Source: Promethearchaeota archaeon (GTDB taxonomy: Archaea > Asgardarchaeota > Lokiarchaeia > Sigyniarchaeales > SOKP01). From it: 37,096 nucleotides of DNA. Made by a program: the position numbers and the translations under genes. This document shows positions 17,660 to 26,488 of this stretch, piece after piece (the first letter of the stretch is position 1; each line of letters starts with the position of its first letter). The notes under the pieces were generated by a model, which searched no databases, was not told the origin of the DNA, and worked only from the letters and a program-made list of their open reading frames with translations. The stretch covers positions 1 through 37,096 of the forward strand of contig RDOA01000039.1 of assembly GCA_011364925.1 (NCBI GenBank). The letters run 5' to 3'.

Positions 17660-20600
17660 TTGACGCATATAAAGAAAATCTCGATGACCGGATTCAAATC
17701 ATTTGGTGATCGTACCGTTACTTTGCGGCTCTCCTCAGGGTTTACATGTATCGTTGGTCCTAACGGGGCTGGTAAATCAAATATTATTGATGCGTTAACA
17801 TTCGCATTAGGTCGACTAAGTAAAAAAACGATGAGAGCCAAAAGTCTCGAAGATTTGATTTTTGCTGGCTCTCGAGGTAAAAATCCTTCAAATAGGGCCT
17901 CGGTTACTTTATACTTCGATAATTCAGATAAAGTATTTCCAGGTGGAACTGATACTTTTGAAGTAACTCGGACAATTCAAAGAGGTGGGGGCGGAGGTTA
18001 TAAAATGAATGGAAAGAATGCTACACGACAACAGATCCTTAATGCCCTCGCAGCTGCAAACATTGATCCTGACGGTAGCAACCAATTCGTTTTGCAAGGG
18101 AAAATTGTTGAGATGACTCACATGAATCCCGAATCTCGTAGAATTTTTATTGAAGAGCTTATAGGACTTCAGAAGTACGACGAAATGAAGGATGCAACAA
18201 TGAAGGAGTTAGAAAAAGCAGAACGAGACCTCGGGCAATTTGAAGCTATTTTTAAAGAGGTGTCAGCCCAATTAAAGAAAGTGGAAAAGGAAAAGAACGA
18301 TGCTTTAGCTTGGAAGGAATTAGATGAAAAGATTAAACTATATAATGCTCAATTAATTGCTTTGAAGATTGAAAAATTAAGAAAAGAAGAAAATGAATTA
18401 GAAGCAAAAATAGAAGAAACTAACGCAGCTATAGAAGAATTACAAGAAAAAATAACAAGACAAGAAGAAATCTTAAAACAAGAATCATTAGTAATGGATA
18501 ATATTCAGAAAACTATATCTGAAAAAGAAAGAGAGAGAGAATTAATCAATGAAGGCATTACTCAACTTAAAACGCAACAATCCTCAAATCAAACCTCGTT
18601 AAACATAGCAAATAAATCAATTGATAAGATTTCACAAGAAATAAAAACACTAGAAAATCTTCAAATGGTTCTCGAAGAAGGCCAAACCTATGATTCTTTA
18701 ATCGAATCAGAATTAAAAATTGTTACTGATACGGAGAATCAAATTGAGGGCGCTAAAGGTGAAATAGAAAGTAAGCAACAGAAACAAGCTGAAATCGATG
18801 TTAACATAAAAAATAACAGCGATACTCAATCGGGTTATAAAGGAGAGATTTCTACAATCAAACAGAATATCTCTTCGAATAAAGCTCAAATAAAAGTTCT
18901 AAAAGAAAATATAAAAAAAAATGAAGAGAAGAAAAAGAAGTTAGAAATAGAACTTAGTAGGTTAAAAGGGGAATCTGAAAGCGTTGAAGAAGCTGTAAAA
19001 AATACAAATCAGGAAGCTGAATTAATAAGAAAAGAAATTAGCAATTTAAATATAAATATCTCAAAAGAAAACGATAATCAACAAGAATTAGAAAAATTAA
19101 TAAGCGGTTTAAGAGAAGAAAACAATCTTCTAAATTCAAAAATAGCAGATCTTAACTCTACATTATCCTCTCTAAATACTGAAATCTCTATGAATACAAA
19201 TAGAATAGAAAAGTTAAAATCTAGTAAAGTAGAAACAGAGAATAAGATTAAAGAATTGAGTAAAGGAAAAGATACAGAAGAAGCTTTAAAAGAATTATTA
19301 AAAGAAAGAGAATCCTTCGTTCATGATATTAATAAGTTTAAAACTCAAATAAAAGAAGAAGATTCTAATTATAGAAAAAATGAACAAGAATTAGAATTAT
19401 TACTAATGAAACAAGATTCTGTTGAATCAGAAATCAATGATAATAAGACAAAAATAGATAATATCAATACCAAATTAAAATTATTAAAAAGAGAACTTAC
19501 AAATCTTGAAAGAGAAAAACGCGATCTAGATTTAAAATCGTCCACATTAAGCGAAAGTTTAACAACGGCAGAAAATGAATCACAAAAACTTAATACGAAA
19601 AAACAAAACATTCAAAGACGGATGGGAGAACTTACTACGGAAAAAGATAATTTAACCGTTAAAATCGAAAATACAGAAAAAGAATATAATCAAAATACGG
19701 AAGATATTACAGGAATTCTTCAGATTTTGAACATGTTGACTCAGAACATCAATATATCCGTTGAATCGATAAAAAGTAACATCCAACAATCAAACGCTGA
19801 GGCTATTGAAACATCTGCAACCAATTTTAAGCAATTCGTCCTTGACATAGTCGATATCATGAAAACCGTCGAAGACGTTTCTGCGGAAGCTGAAGCAGAA
19901 GAAAAAACCGAAACTTCTGAGGTATCAGAAACCCTCAAATCAATTCTTCAAACTTTAACGCTATTTACAGAGAATGTCGATACAACGATTGATCAATTAA
20001 TAGATGGCGTAAAAGAATCCGCAGACATAGAGATACAACAATCTACTTCCACATTTGACAGTTTCGTTCAAGATTTAATGGAAATATTAGAAAACGTCTA
20101 CCTCTCTTTAAGGAAGTTAACGATGTCAAAATCTCAAGAGTTGTATAAACAGCTTGAAGAAATCACAGAAAATATCAATTCTCAGAATAATGACTTGAAC
20201 ATCATTGATCAAGATTTAACACGAATAAATACCCAAAACAAACACGATTCAGAAGATTTGGCTACGAACGCAAGGAGATTAGAAGAAGTTATTAAAAGAA
20301 TTAGTGAGATAAATGAAAAAGTTGAAAAATCTGAAAGCGAAATTGAACAGAGAAATAAGTTGATAATTGAAAGACAAAAAGAAAATTTCAAGGCTGATAT
20401 CGAAAGTTTTAAACAAAAAAAAGAAGAATATTGGAATACAGTCTCTAAAATTAAAGAAGAAATGGATATAAAACAAAAAGGTTTAGACGATTTACAAATA
20501 AAACTGCAAGAACTTCAAGGAATTCAGACTTTTTACGAGAAAATATTAGAGATTGAAAAGAACGTACAAGAGTTAAGTGCTGCTATTGACGATAAGAAAA

Positions 20601-22126
20601 ATGTAATAGTCAACACAGAAGAAAACATCAAAAAGATTAAACTTGAACAAGATGGTCTAAATACAGAGATTGAGAGTAAAATAACGGAAAAAAATAATTT
20701 TTGGGAAAATACTGAAAAACTACGGGCACAAATCGACGAACAAAATAAGAAACTAGAAGTTACTATGGATAAATTAAGAGCTCTCGAAAATGTTATGATG
20801 ATAATCAATTCAATTGATGAACTATCGAAAGAAAATGTCGAAGCAAATACAAGTATTAGCCAATCCAATAATGATATAGAAAACCTAAACTCTCAAGTGG
20901 AAGAAAAACAAAAGAAAGTTGATGAAGTAGAGGTAATAATAGACTCTTTGAGAGAAGAAAAAGACAAAGAGTTAGAGGCACAAAAGAAAGCACAAAAAGA
21001 GTTAAATAAACTAAATAAAGACCTTCAAAAATCTCAATCAAAACTGAACGAATTGAATAAAAATAAGGAAAGAGAACAAAAAATTATTTCGCTAAATGAT
21101 GATATAAAAACCACTGAAAAACAAATCGAGTCCATATTAAAAGATATCGAGAAAATTGAACTTGAACTGAAACAAGAAGATGCTAAAAAGAACATCAAAC
21201 AAGAAGAAATCAATAAAGAAATTCAAGGAAAGGATTTATCGTGGAAAAAGCAGAAGAACTATCAAAAACAAATCAATGATCTAAAAGCAGATCACTCGAT
21301 GGAAAATTCTAAATTAAATAACTTTGAATCTAAAAAGATCATCACAACTGACCAAATCGAAACCCTATATCAACGATCTAAAGATTATGGCGCTTTACCC
21401 CCAGTTACTGACGATTTGTCTGAATCAGGACTGCAATCAGATATCTCTACTGCTGATAACAAGAAAAAAGCCCTAGAACCCGTTAATCTAAAGGCTATTA
21501 AGCAATATGATACCGTAAAAGAACGATTTGATGAAATTGATATGAGAAGACAAACGATACAGAGGGAAAGAAAATCAATCCTTGACGCAATCGAAAAAAT
21601 CGAGCTGGAAAAAACTCGGACGTTCATGAAAGCGTATCACGAAATCAATCGAGAATTTGCCCGTCTATTCCAAAAACTCTCCCCTGGAGGCTCTGCTAAA
21701 ATGATTCTAGATCGCCCAGACAAGCCGTTTGAGGGTGGCGTAAGTATCGAAGCTCGACCCCGTGGAAAAAAAATCAGCAGCCTCGAAATCCTCAGTGGAG
21801 GAGAGAAAACGCTCGTGGCTCTCTCGTTCATCTTCTCGGTGGAAGAGTTTATGCCAAGCCCTTTTTATATTTTAGACGAGATCGATGCGGCCCTCGATGG
21901 TCCCAACGTCCACAGAGTTTCCATGCTCTTAAAGGACTTTGCGCATCAAGCGCAATTTTTAGTGATTAGTCATCGCGAGGAGAATATCGTGAACGCGGAT
22001 CGGATTTATGGGGTGACGATGCAGCAGTCGGGCATTACGGACATATTTAGCGTGGACTTAGAGGAGGAGGCGAAGCGGTTATTGGAGTTACCGGACGTAG
22101 AGCCTCAGGTGGGGGACAATATTTAA
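17660..22126 (+). CDS. smc: Chromosome segregation ATPase SMC, unusually long and with no recognisable hinge
   Basis: GFKSF, GPNGAGKSN, Q-loop LQG, LSGGE, LDEIDAALD, ISH; long coiled coils; scpA and scpB nearby. Confidence 0.9.
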   Translation: MTHIKKISMTGFKSFGDRTVTLRLSSGFTCIVGPNGAGKSNIIDALTFALGRLSKKTMRAKSLEDLIFAGSRGKNPSNRASVTLYFDNSDKVFPGGTDTFEVTRTIQRGGGGGYKMNGKNATRQQILNALAAANIDPDGSNQFVLQGKIVEMTHMNPESRRIFIEELIGLQKYDEMKDATMKELEKAERDLGQFEAIFKEVSAQLKKVEKEKNDALAWKELDEKIKLYNAQLIALKIEKLRKEENELEAKIEETNAAIEELQEKITRQEEILKQESLVMDNIQKTISEKERERELINEGITQLKTQQSSNQTSLNIANKSIDKISQEIKTLENLQMVLEEGQTYDSLIESELKIVTDTENQIEGAKGEIESKQQKQAEIDVNIKNNSDTQSGYKGEISTIKQNISSNKAQIKVLKENIKKNEEKKKKLEIELSRLKGESESVEEAVKNTNQEAELIRKEISNLNINISKENDNQQELEKLISGLREENNLLNSKIADLNSTLSSLNTEISMNTNRIEKLKSSKVETENKIKELSKGKDTEEALKELLKERESFVHDINKFKTQIKEEDSNYRKNEQELELLLMKQDSVESEINDNKTKIDNINTKLKLLKRELTNLEREKRDLDLKSSTLSESLTTAENESQKLNTKKQNIQRRMGELTTEKDNLTVKIENTEKEYNQNTEDITGILQILNMLTQNINISVESIKSNIQQSNAEAIETSATNFKQFVLDIVDIMKTVEDVSAEAEAEEKTETSEVSETLKSILQTLTLFTENVDTTIDQLIDGVKESADIEIQQSTSTFDSFVQDLMEILENVYLSLRKLTMSKSQELYKQLEEITENINSQNNDLNIIDQDLTRINTQNKHDSEDLATNARRLEEVIKRISEINEKVEKSESEIEQRNKLIIERQKENFKADIESFKQKKEEYWNTVSKIKEEMDIKQKGLDDLQIKLQELQGIQTFYEKILEIEKNVQELSAAIDDKKNVIVNTEENIKKIKLEQDGLNTEIESKITEKNNFWENTEKLRAQIDEQNKKLEVTMDKLRALENVMMIINSIDELSKENVEANTSISQSNNDIENLNSQVEEKQKKVDEVEVIIDSLREEKDKELEAQKKAQKELNKLNKDLQKSQSKLNELNKNKEREQKIISLNDDIKTTEKQIESILKDIEKIELELKQEDAKKNIKQEEINKEIQGKDLSWKKQKNYQKQINDLKADHSMENSKLNNFESKKIITTDQIETLYQRSKDYGALPPVTDDLSESGLQSDISTADNKKKALEPVNLKAIKQYDTVKERFDEIDMRRQTIQRERKSILDAIEKIELEKTRTFMKAYHEINREFARLFQKLSPGGSAKMILDRPDKPFEGGVSIEARPRGKKISSLEILSGGEKTLVALSFIFSVEEFMPSPFYILDEIDAALDGPNVHRVSMLLKDFAHQAQFLVISHREENIVNADRIYGVTMQQSGITDIFSVDLEEEAKRLLELPDVEPQVGDNI

Positions 22127-22275
22127 TTCTTTTTTTTTTTAATTTCTCCATATTTTACATATGCTTTTGATAGAAAAGTATAAAAGAAAAATAAAATTCC
22201 TTGCATTAATTTTTTTCGAAACTCAATTTTAAATGTAAGAACTATAAACTAATAGGAAAAAAGAGGGATGTTACT

Positions 22276-22476
22276 ATGGCAAATGTGCTAAGATTAATCG
22301 CATCGATAATTTTAATGAGCGTTGGATTTCTGATTTTATTTTTAAGCGTGATATTTGGAGTTACGCTTGGCTATAATTATTCGACGCCGGTAATGGGGGG
22401 AGTGATAGGCTTGTTAGGCCTTAGTTTGGGAGTTGTAGGGATTCTATTCTTGATAGATGCGATCAAATCGGATTAA
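22276..22476 (+). CDS. Small two-TM membrane protein
   Basis: 66 aa, two hydrophobic helices, GAGGG upstream of the ATG. Confidence 0.6.
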   Translation: MANVLRLIASIILMSVGFLILFLSVIFGVTLGYNYSTPVMGGVIGLLGLSLGVVGILFLIDAIKSD

Positions 22477-22664
22477 GAATAGCAATAATGGATATAATAT
22501 ATATAAAAATCTTTTTTTTTATTTCGGTAAGTTAATTTCTAATAGGTTTTTTTTGGTCACTTCTAAGATAAAAGTACCCTCCTCTTATCGAAAAGCTCAA
22601 ATTGTAAATTTAGTCAAAGAATTTAAAAGAAAAAATAAGGATTCATAAAAGTATAATTTAACAT

Positions 22665-23498
22665 CTATAAGGCTTTCTTATAAAAATTGTACCAGTGATT
22701 AACTGATGATACTTTTAAATCTGGTCTATCTAGCTCGAATGATGCAGTTATTTCGACCTTTTCGGGGGCAATTCCATCAGAAATAGCACTTTTTATGGTT
22801 GCGCGAAAATCTTTAAAAAATTGGATGTATTCATCTAATGCATTATAACCTTTTAATACTTTACCGTGACCAGGGATTATAAGGTCCGGTTTCATTTCTT
22901 TCATCATTTCGAGTGCCTTGATGTATTGTTCTGGATTACAAGTAGCGTCTCCCGCAAAAGGAAACATGTTTGTAAAAATTAAATCCCCCGCAAAAAGAAC
23001 TTTTTCATAAGGAAAATATACAATACTCGAGCCTGAAGTATGCCCTCCAGTATGAATCGCTTCTATATAGAGGTCCTCATCCCTAATTATTAATTTGTTA
23101 TTGAAAGCTACATCTGGGAGTTCAAATACCACACCCTCAGCCAAGGGATCTGCTTTTATGAATTCTGATACTCTTTGTTCATATGCTTGCTTAATAGAAT
23201 TGGATTGCATATTTTTAAGCATTTGTTCACTACAAAAACTCACGATGTCTTTGAACGCACCAATTCCAAAAATATGATCTGCATGATAGTGAGTAAAGAT
23301 AAGAAATTTTACTGATAAGTTAAAATGATTCTCAAGATTCTTGCGAAATAATTGGGCAGTTTTTGCATAAATTGTAGAATCAATAGCAATTACAAAATTT
23401 CTTAAACTCACTGCTCCAACATTTCCCCTGCCTAATCCCGTTGTATTTGCAACCGTATGAGACGAAACTTCCTCTACATCGTATATTAAGTCCGTCAT
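22665..23498 (-). CDS. Metallo-beta-lactamase-fold hydrolase (cyclase-like)
   Basis: THYHADH, GHT, FAGD, IPGHG. Confidence 0.9.
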   Translation of the reverse strand: MTDLIYDVEEVSSHTVANTTGLGRGNVGAVSLRNFVIAIDSTIYAKTAQLFRKNLENHFNLSVKFLIFTHYHADHIFGIGAFKDIVSFCSEQMLKNMQSNSIKQAYEQRVSEFIKADPLAEGVVFELPDVAFNNKLIIRDEDLYIEAIHTGGHTSGSSIVYFPYEKVLFAGDLIFTNMFPFAGDATCNPEQYIKALEMMKEMKPDLIIPGHGKVLKGYNALDEYIQFFKDFRATIKSAISDGIAPEKVEITASFELDRPDLKVSSVNHWYNFYKKAL

Positions 23499-23686
23499 AA
23501 TATCACTTTGATTTTATGGTATAAAACATTTAGTTGCTTAAGACATTTATTTGGATAATCTTTAAAAAAGCGATTCTTGAGTAAAAAAGAATTTTAAGGA
23601 ATATTAATATCATCATTCTACTTAAATTAATTAAGGTAAAATCCGGTATTATTATTAAATAGTGAAATAAAATCTAACGGTGAAAA

Positions 23687-24697
23687 ATCGTATCAGAAGA
23701 TAAGGATGTAGAGAAAAAACATAACTTTACTGAATGGACAGTAAAAAACTTGAGAGATTTTGCCAGTCGTAATAACATTAAACTTCCTGTCAAATCTAAG
23801 AAGAACGAAATCGTTAAGTTTTTAGAACAAGTAACTTCTCATCCAGAATTTATTGATAGAACCATAGAAGATGAGGATTCAGACCAGGAATTAGAAGTGG
23901 AATTAATTGCTGGTGAGGAAGAAGATCCCGCTTTGCTACACAAAGAAAAGATGGAACTCAAATTTTGGCAAAAGCCTCCATATTCTAGTTTACTGGATCC
24001 AGAAGTGGCAAAAGAGTCTAATGTCGCTTTTTATGACCTCTCATCGTTAGTAGATAAATTTTTTAATAATATGCTCCACGAAGAATTAATCAATTACAAG
24101 ATTTCAGGTATAGCACTAAAAACTTCAGCAGTGCTACATCATTACAAAATATCAAGCATAATTCACGAGGAAGAACAAATACAAAAAAAAGAGGAATTAG
24201 AACGCTTTAGAGAAAAGCATGGTAGATCAATACCCAAAACCTTACCACAACCCATTCAACCTAAAATGTTGATATCTACAAAGGAAGAATTATTTGAAGC
24301 AATGAGGTCTGCTATAATAGAAACAATGCAGAACAAAGAGAAATTAAAGCGTAGAAGAATGAGAAGAGAAGAACTGAAAGAACAAAAACTTCAATTTGAA
24401 TCTAAAGCACATCTACCAAAAGAATTGTTAAAACATATTAGTGGACGGGAACAAACTGTAGAAGAGTTACATGAATCATGGTACAACCGAATCAAATCTA
24501 CAATCCAATTAGAAGATAAAGAAACATCTTTTTTTGATATGGCAGAGCTAATAAATAACGAAGAAGAGAGCGAGATCGGTAAGAAGTTCGCTTTCGTTCG
24601 CATGTTTTTAGCGTTAATGTTCCTTTCAACAGGTAATAAACTAGAATTATTCCAAGAAGAGGATTTTAAAGATTTTTCAATAAATTTAAAAAAATAA
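23687..24697 (+). CDS. scpA: Kleisin ScpA with an N-terminal SAP/HeH-like extension (start uncertain; ORF-track start is TTG 23750)
   Basis: DLSSLVDKF...INYKISGIAL..SA.L...K kleisin N-domain; VRMFLALMFL..GNKLELFQEEDF C-terminal wHTH; lies before scpB. Confidence 0.75.
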   Translation: MVSEDKDVEKKHNFTEWTVKNLRDFASRNNIKLPVKSKKNEIVKFLEQVTSHPEFIDRTIEDEDSDQELEVELIAGEEEDPALLHKEKMELKFWQKPPYSSLLDPEVAKESNVAFYDLSSLVDKFFNNMLHEELINYKISGIALKTSAVLHHYKISSIIHEEEQIQKKEELERFREKHGRSIPKTLPQPIQPKMLISTKEELFEAMRSAIIETMQNKEKLKRRRMRREELKEQKLQFESKAHLPKELLKHISGREQTVEELHESWYNRIKSTIQLEDKETSFFDMAELINNEEESEIGKKFAFVRMFLALMFLSTGNKLELFQEEDFKDFSINLKK

Positions 24698-24725
24698 CGA
24701 AATTTACTGAATTTGGCGATAAAAT

Positions 24726-25577
24726 TTGAACGAAAATCACGAAAAGGAACCAGAAGATCAATTGGAAATTAAAGCCAATGAAGAAACACCGTTGGATGGA
24801 GCCGTTGATGACCTTCCTCAAGAGGAAGGCAATTTAGAAGGGAGTGAGACACTTTCAGAGACTGAAAAAATAATTGAAGAAGAGGAAGAGGATATCGAAG
24901 GAATAATTGAAGAAGAAATTGCTATTGAGGAAGAAGAATCATTGAGTTCCGACTCGTTAGAAGAAGAAGAAGGTGAAAACGATACTGAATCTGTTGGAGA
25001 TGAAGAAGTGGAACCTCAAGTACTTCAGGAACTCACAAAAGAAGACTTAGAATTACAACTAAAAATTCTAAGGAGAAATTTAATAGAAGGTGCTCTTTAT
25101 GCAGCTGGTAGACCTTTAGATGTGGAAGAATTATCAACGAAATTAGAAATCCCTAAAAAAGAAGTCGAAGAACTCGTAAGAGTTGTTGCTTTTGACTATT
25201 TAGAGCGTGAAGGTGCTTTGATTGTTGCCCAAATTGGAGAAAAGTATCAAATGCAGCTTAGACCTGAACTTACCGAGACGGTTTCTAAATTTGCAAAAGG
25301 TGGCGCAATCGCAGAACGCTATTTAAGAACGCTTACTCTTATTGCGTTAAAGCAGCCTATTTTAAAGTCCACAATCATTAAATTAAGAGGAACTGGTGCT
25401 TACGAGCATATAAAATATTTATTAGATAACGATCTAATTTCAGCGGAAAAAAAGGGAAGATCTGCTGAATTAACTACTACAGATAAATACTCCGACATGT
25501 TTGGATTGCCTAAAAATAAGCAAGAATTGAAAAGAATGATGATTTCCCAGTTAGGATTGGGGGAAAATAACGAATAA
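24726..25577 (+). CDS. scpB: SMC-Scp complex subunit ScpB with a long acidic N-terminal tail
   Basis: IEGALYAAGRPL, LRTLTLIALKQPI, RGTGAYEHI, TT.KY...FGL. Confidence 0.9.
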   Translation: MNENHEKEPEDQLEIKANEETPLDGAVDDLPQEEGNLEGSETLSETEKIIEEEEEDIEGIIEEEIAIEEEESLSSDSLEEEEGENDTESVGDEEVEPQVLQELTKEDLELQLKILRRNLIEGALYAAGRPLDVEELSTKLEIPKKEVEELVRVVAFDYLEREGALIVAQIGEKYQMQLRPELTETVSKFAKGGAIAERYLRTLTLIALKQPILKSTIIKLRGTGAYEHIKYLLDNDLISAEKKGRSAELTTTDKYSDMFGLPKNKQELKRMMISQLGLGENNE

Positions 25578-25603
25578 ATCTTAATTTCTTAACATAGATT
25601 TTA

Positions 25604-25651
25604 TCAGTTAAGCCCCTTTTAACATTTGAATGTTCTATGATCATTCATCAA
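25604..25651 (-). ncRNA. Possible second C/D-box sRNA
   Basis: Minus strand TTGATGA...AAAAGGGGCTTAA-CTGA with a central hairpin; no terminal stem and no confirmed target. Confidence 0.3.
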
Positions 25652-25713
25652 GAAGTATTAGTTTAGAATTGCCAAAGTAATTTTTTATATATTAAAAAGC
25701 ATTCTGATTAGTA

Positions 25714-26442
25714 ATGCCATTAAAGAGTAAATTTGAAACCGAGAAGAGCAAGGAAAAGAATATTAGTTTCAAGGGCAAAGTCATTGGGGAACCTATTTTA
25801 AGTATTGGAGATTTGGTGGTAAATCCCGGACGAATAAGCCTGAGCTTTCCAATAGAATTAGAAGCAAGCATTGAATTTACCTTCAAAAAATCGGGTCCAA
25901 TGATGTTAAATCGTCTTAGCAACATCATTGTTAGTTTAGAGGGAGGAGCTTTTTTTAGAAAGGGTGATAGCGTCCACCTGAAGGGTAGGATCATCAAGAT
26001 CACGCATCCAGAAAGACCACCTTCCTTATATATAAAATCAAAATGGTTTTATAATGAAACTTTGAACTCGTTCATTAGTTACGATAAAGAGATGGGCTGG
26101 GAAAGCTCAATTGAAAAGGATATTTTAATCAAGGGAAGAGTCATCAGTAAAACCACGGAATTCATTGATGTTAATTTGAACTTCTTTCTTAGTTTTTTGA
26201 TGGAACTCGAGCACCCCCTAAACGCAAATTTTCAAAAACACGGAAATATTTCTTTATCCAAGGGAGATTCACTAATAATCTCATGTTATAATAAATTATA
26301 TTTTAAAGAGGGAGACATGTTAGAAATGACGGGTAGAATGATCCTCATTTCTTTGGAAGGAAGAGTGTCTTATTACTTCGATCCAGAGCCTAATAATCCT
26401 CCGTATAATGTGACGATGGAGTTCTTTTACAGTTCTAAATAA
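25714..26442 (+). CDS. Hypothetical protein with two tandem OB-fold-like repeats
   Basis: Repeats FKGKVI...FRKGDSVHLKGRII...YNETL and IKGRVI...FKEGDMLEMTGRMI...YNVTM. Confidence 0.6.
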   Translation: MPLKSKFETEKSKEKNISFKGKVIGEPILSIGDLVVNPGRISLSFPIELEASIEFTFKKSGPMMLNRLSNIIVSLEGGAFFRKGDSVHLKGRIIKITHPERPPSLYIKSKWFYNETLNSFISYDKEMGWESSIEKDILIKGRVISKTTEFIDVNLNFFLSFLMELEHPLNANFQKHGNISLSKGDSLIISCYNKLYFKEGDMLEMTGRMILISLEGRVSYYFDPEPNNPPYNVTMEFFYSSK

Positions 26443-26488
26443 TAAATTTCGATAATTTTTGATATCTCATCTTAAAAAATTATTATAA

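Noticed and set aside
22457-22648. 63 aa plus-strand ORF
   Set aside because: Low-complexity AT-rich sequence spanning a T-tract terminator region, with no motif support.
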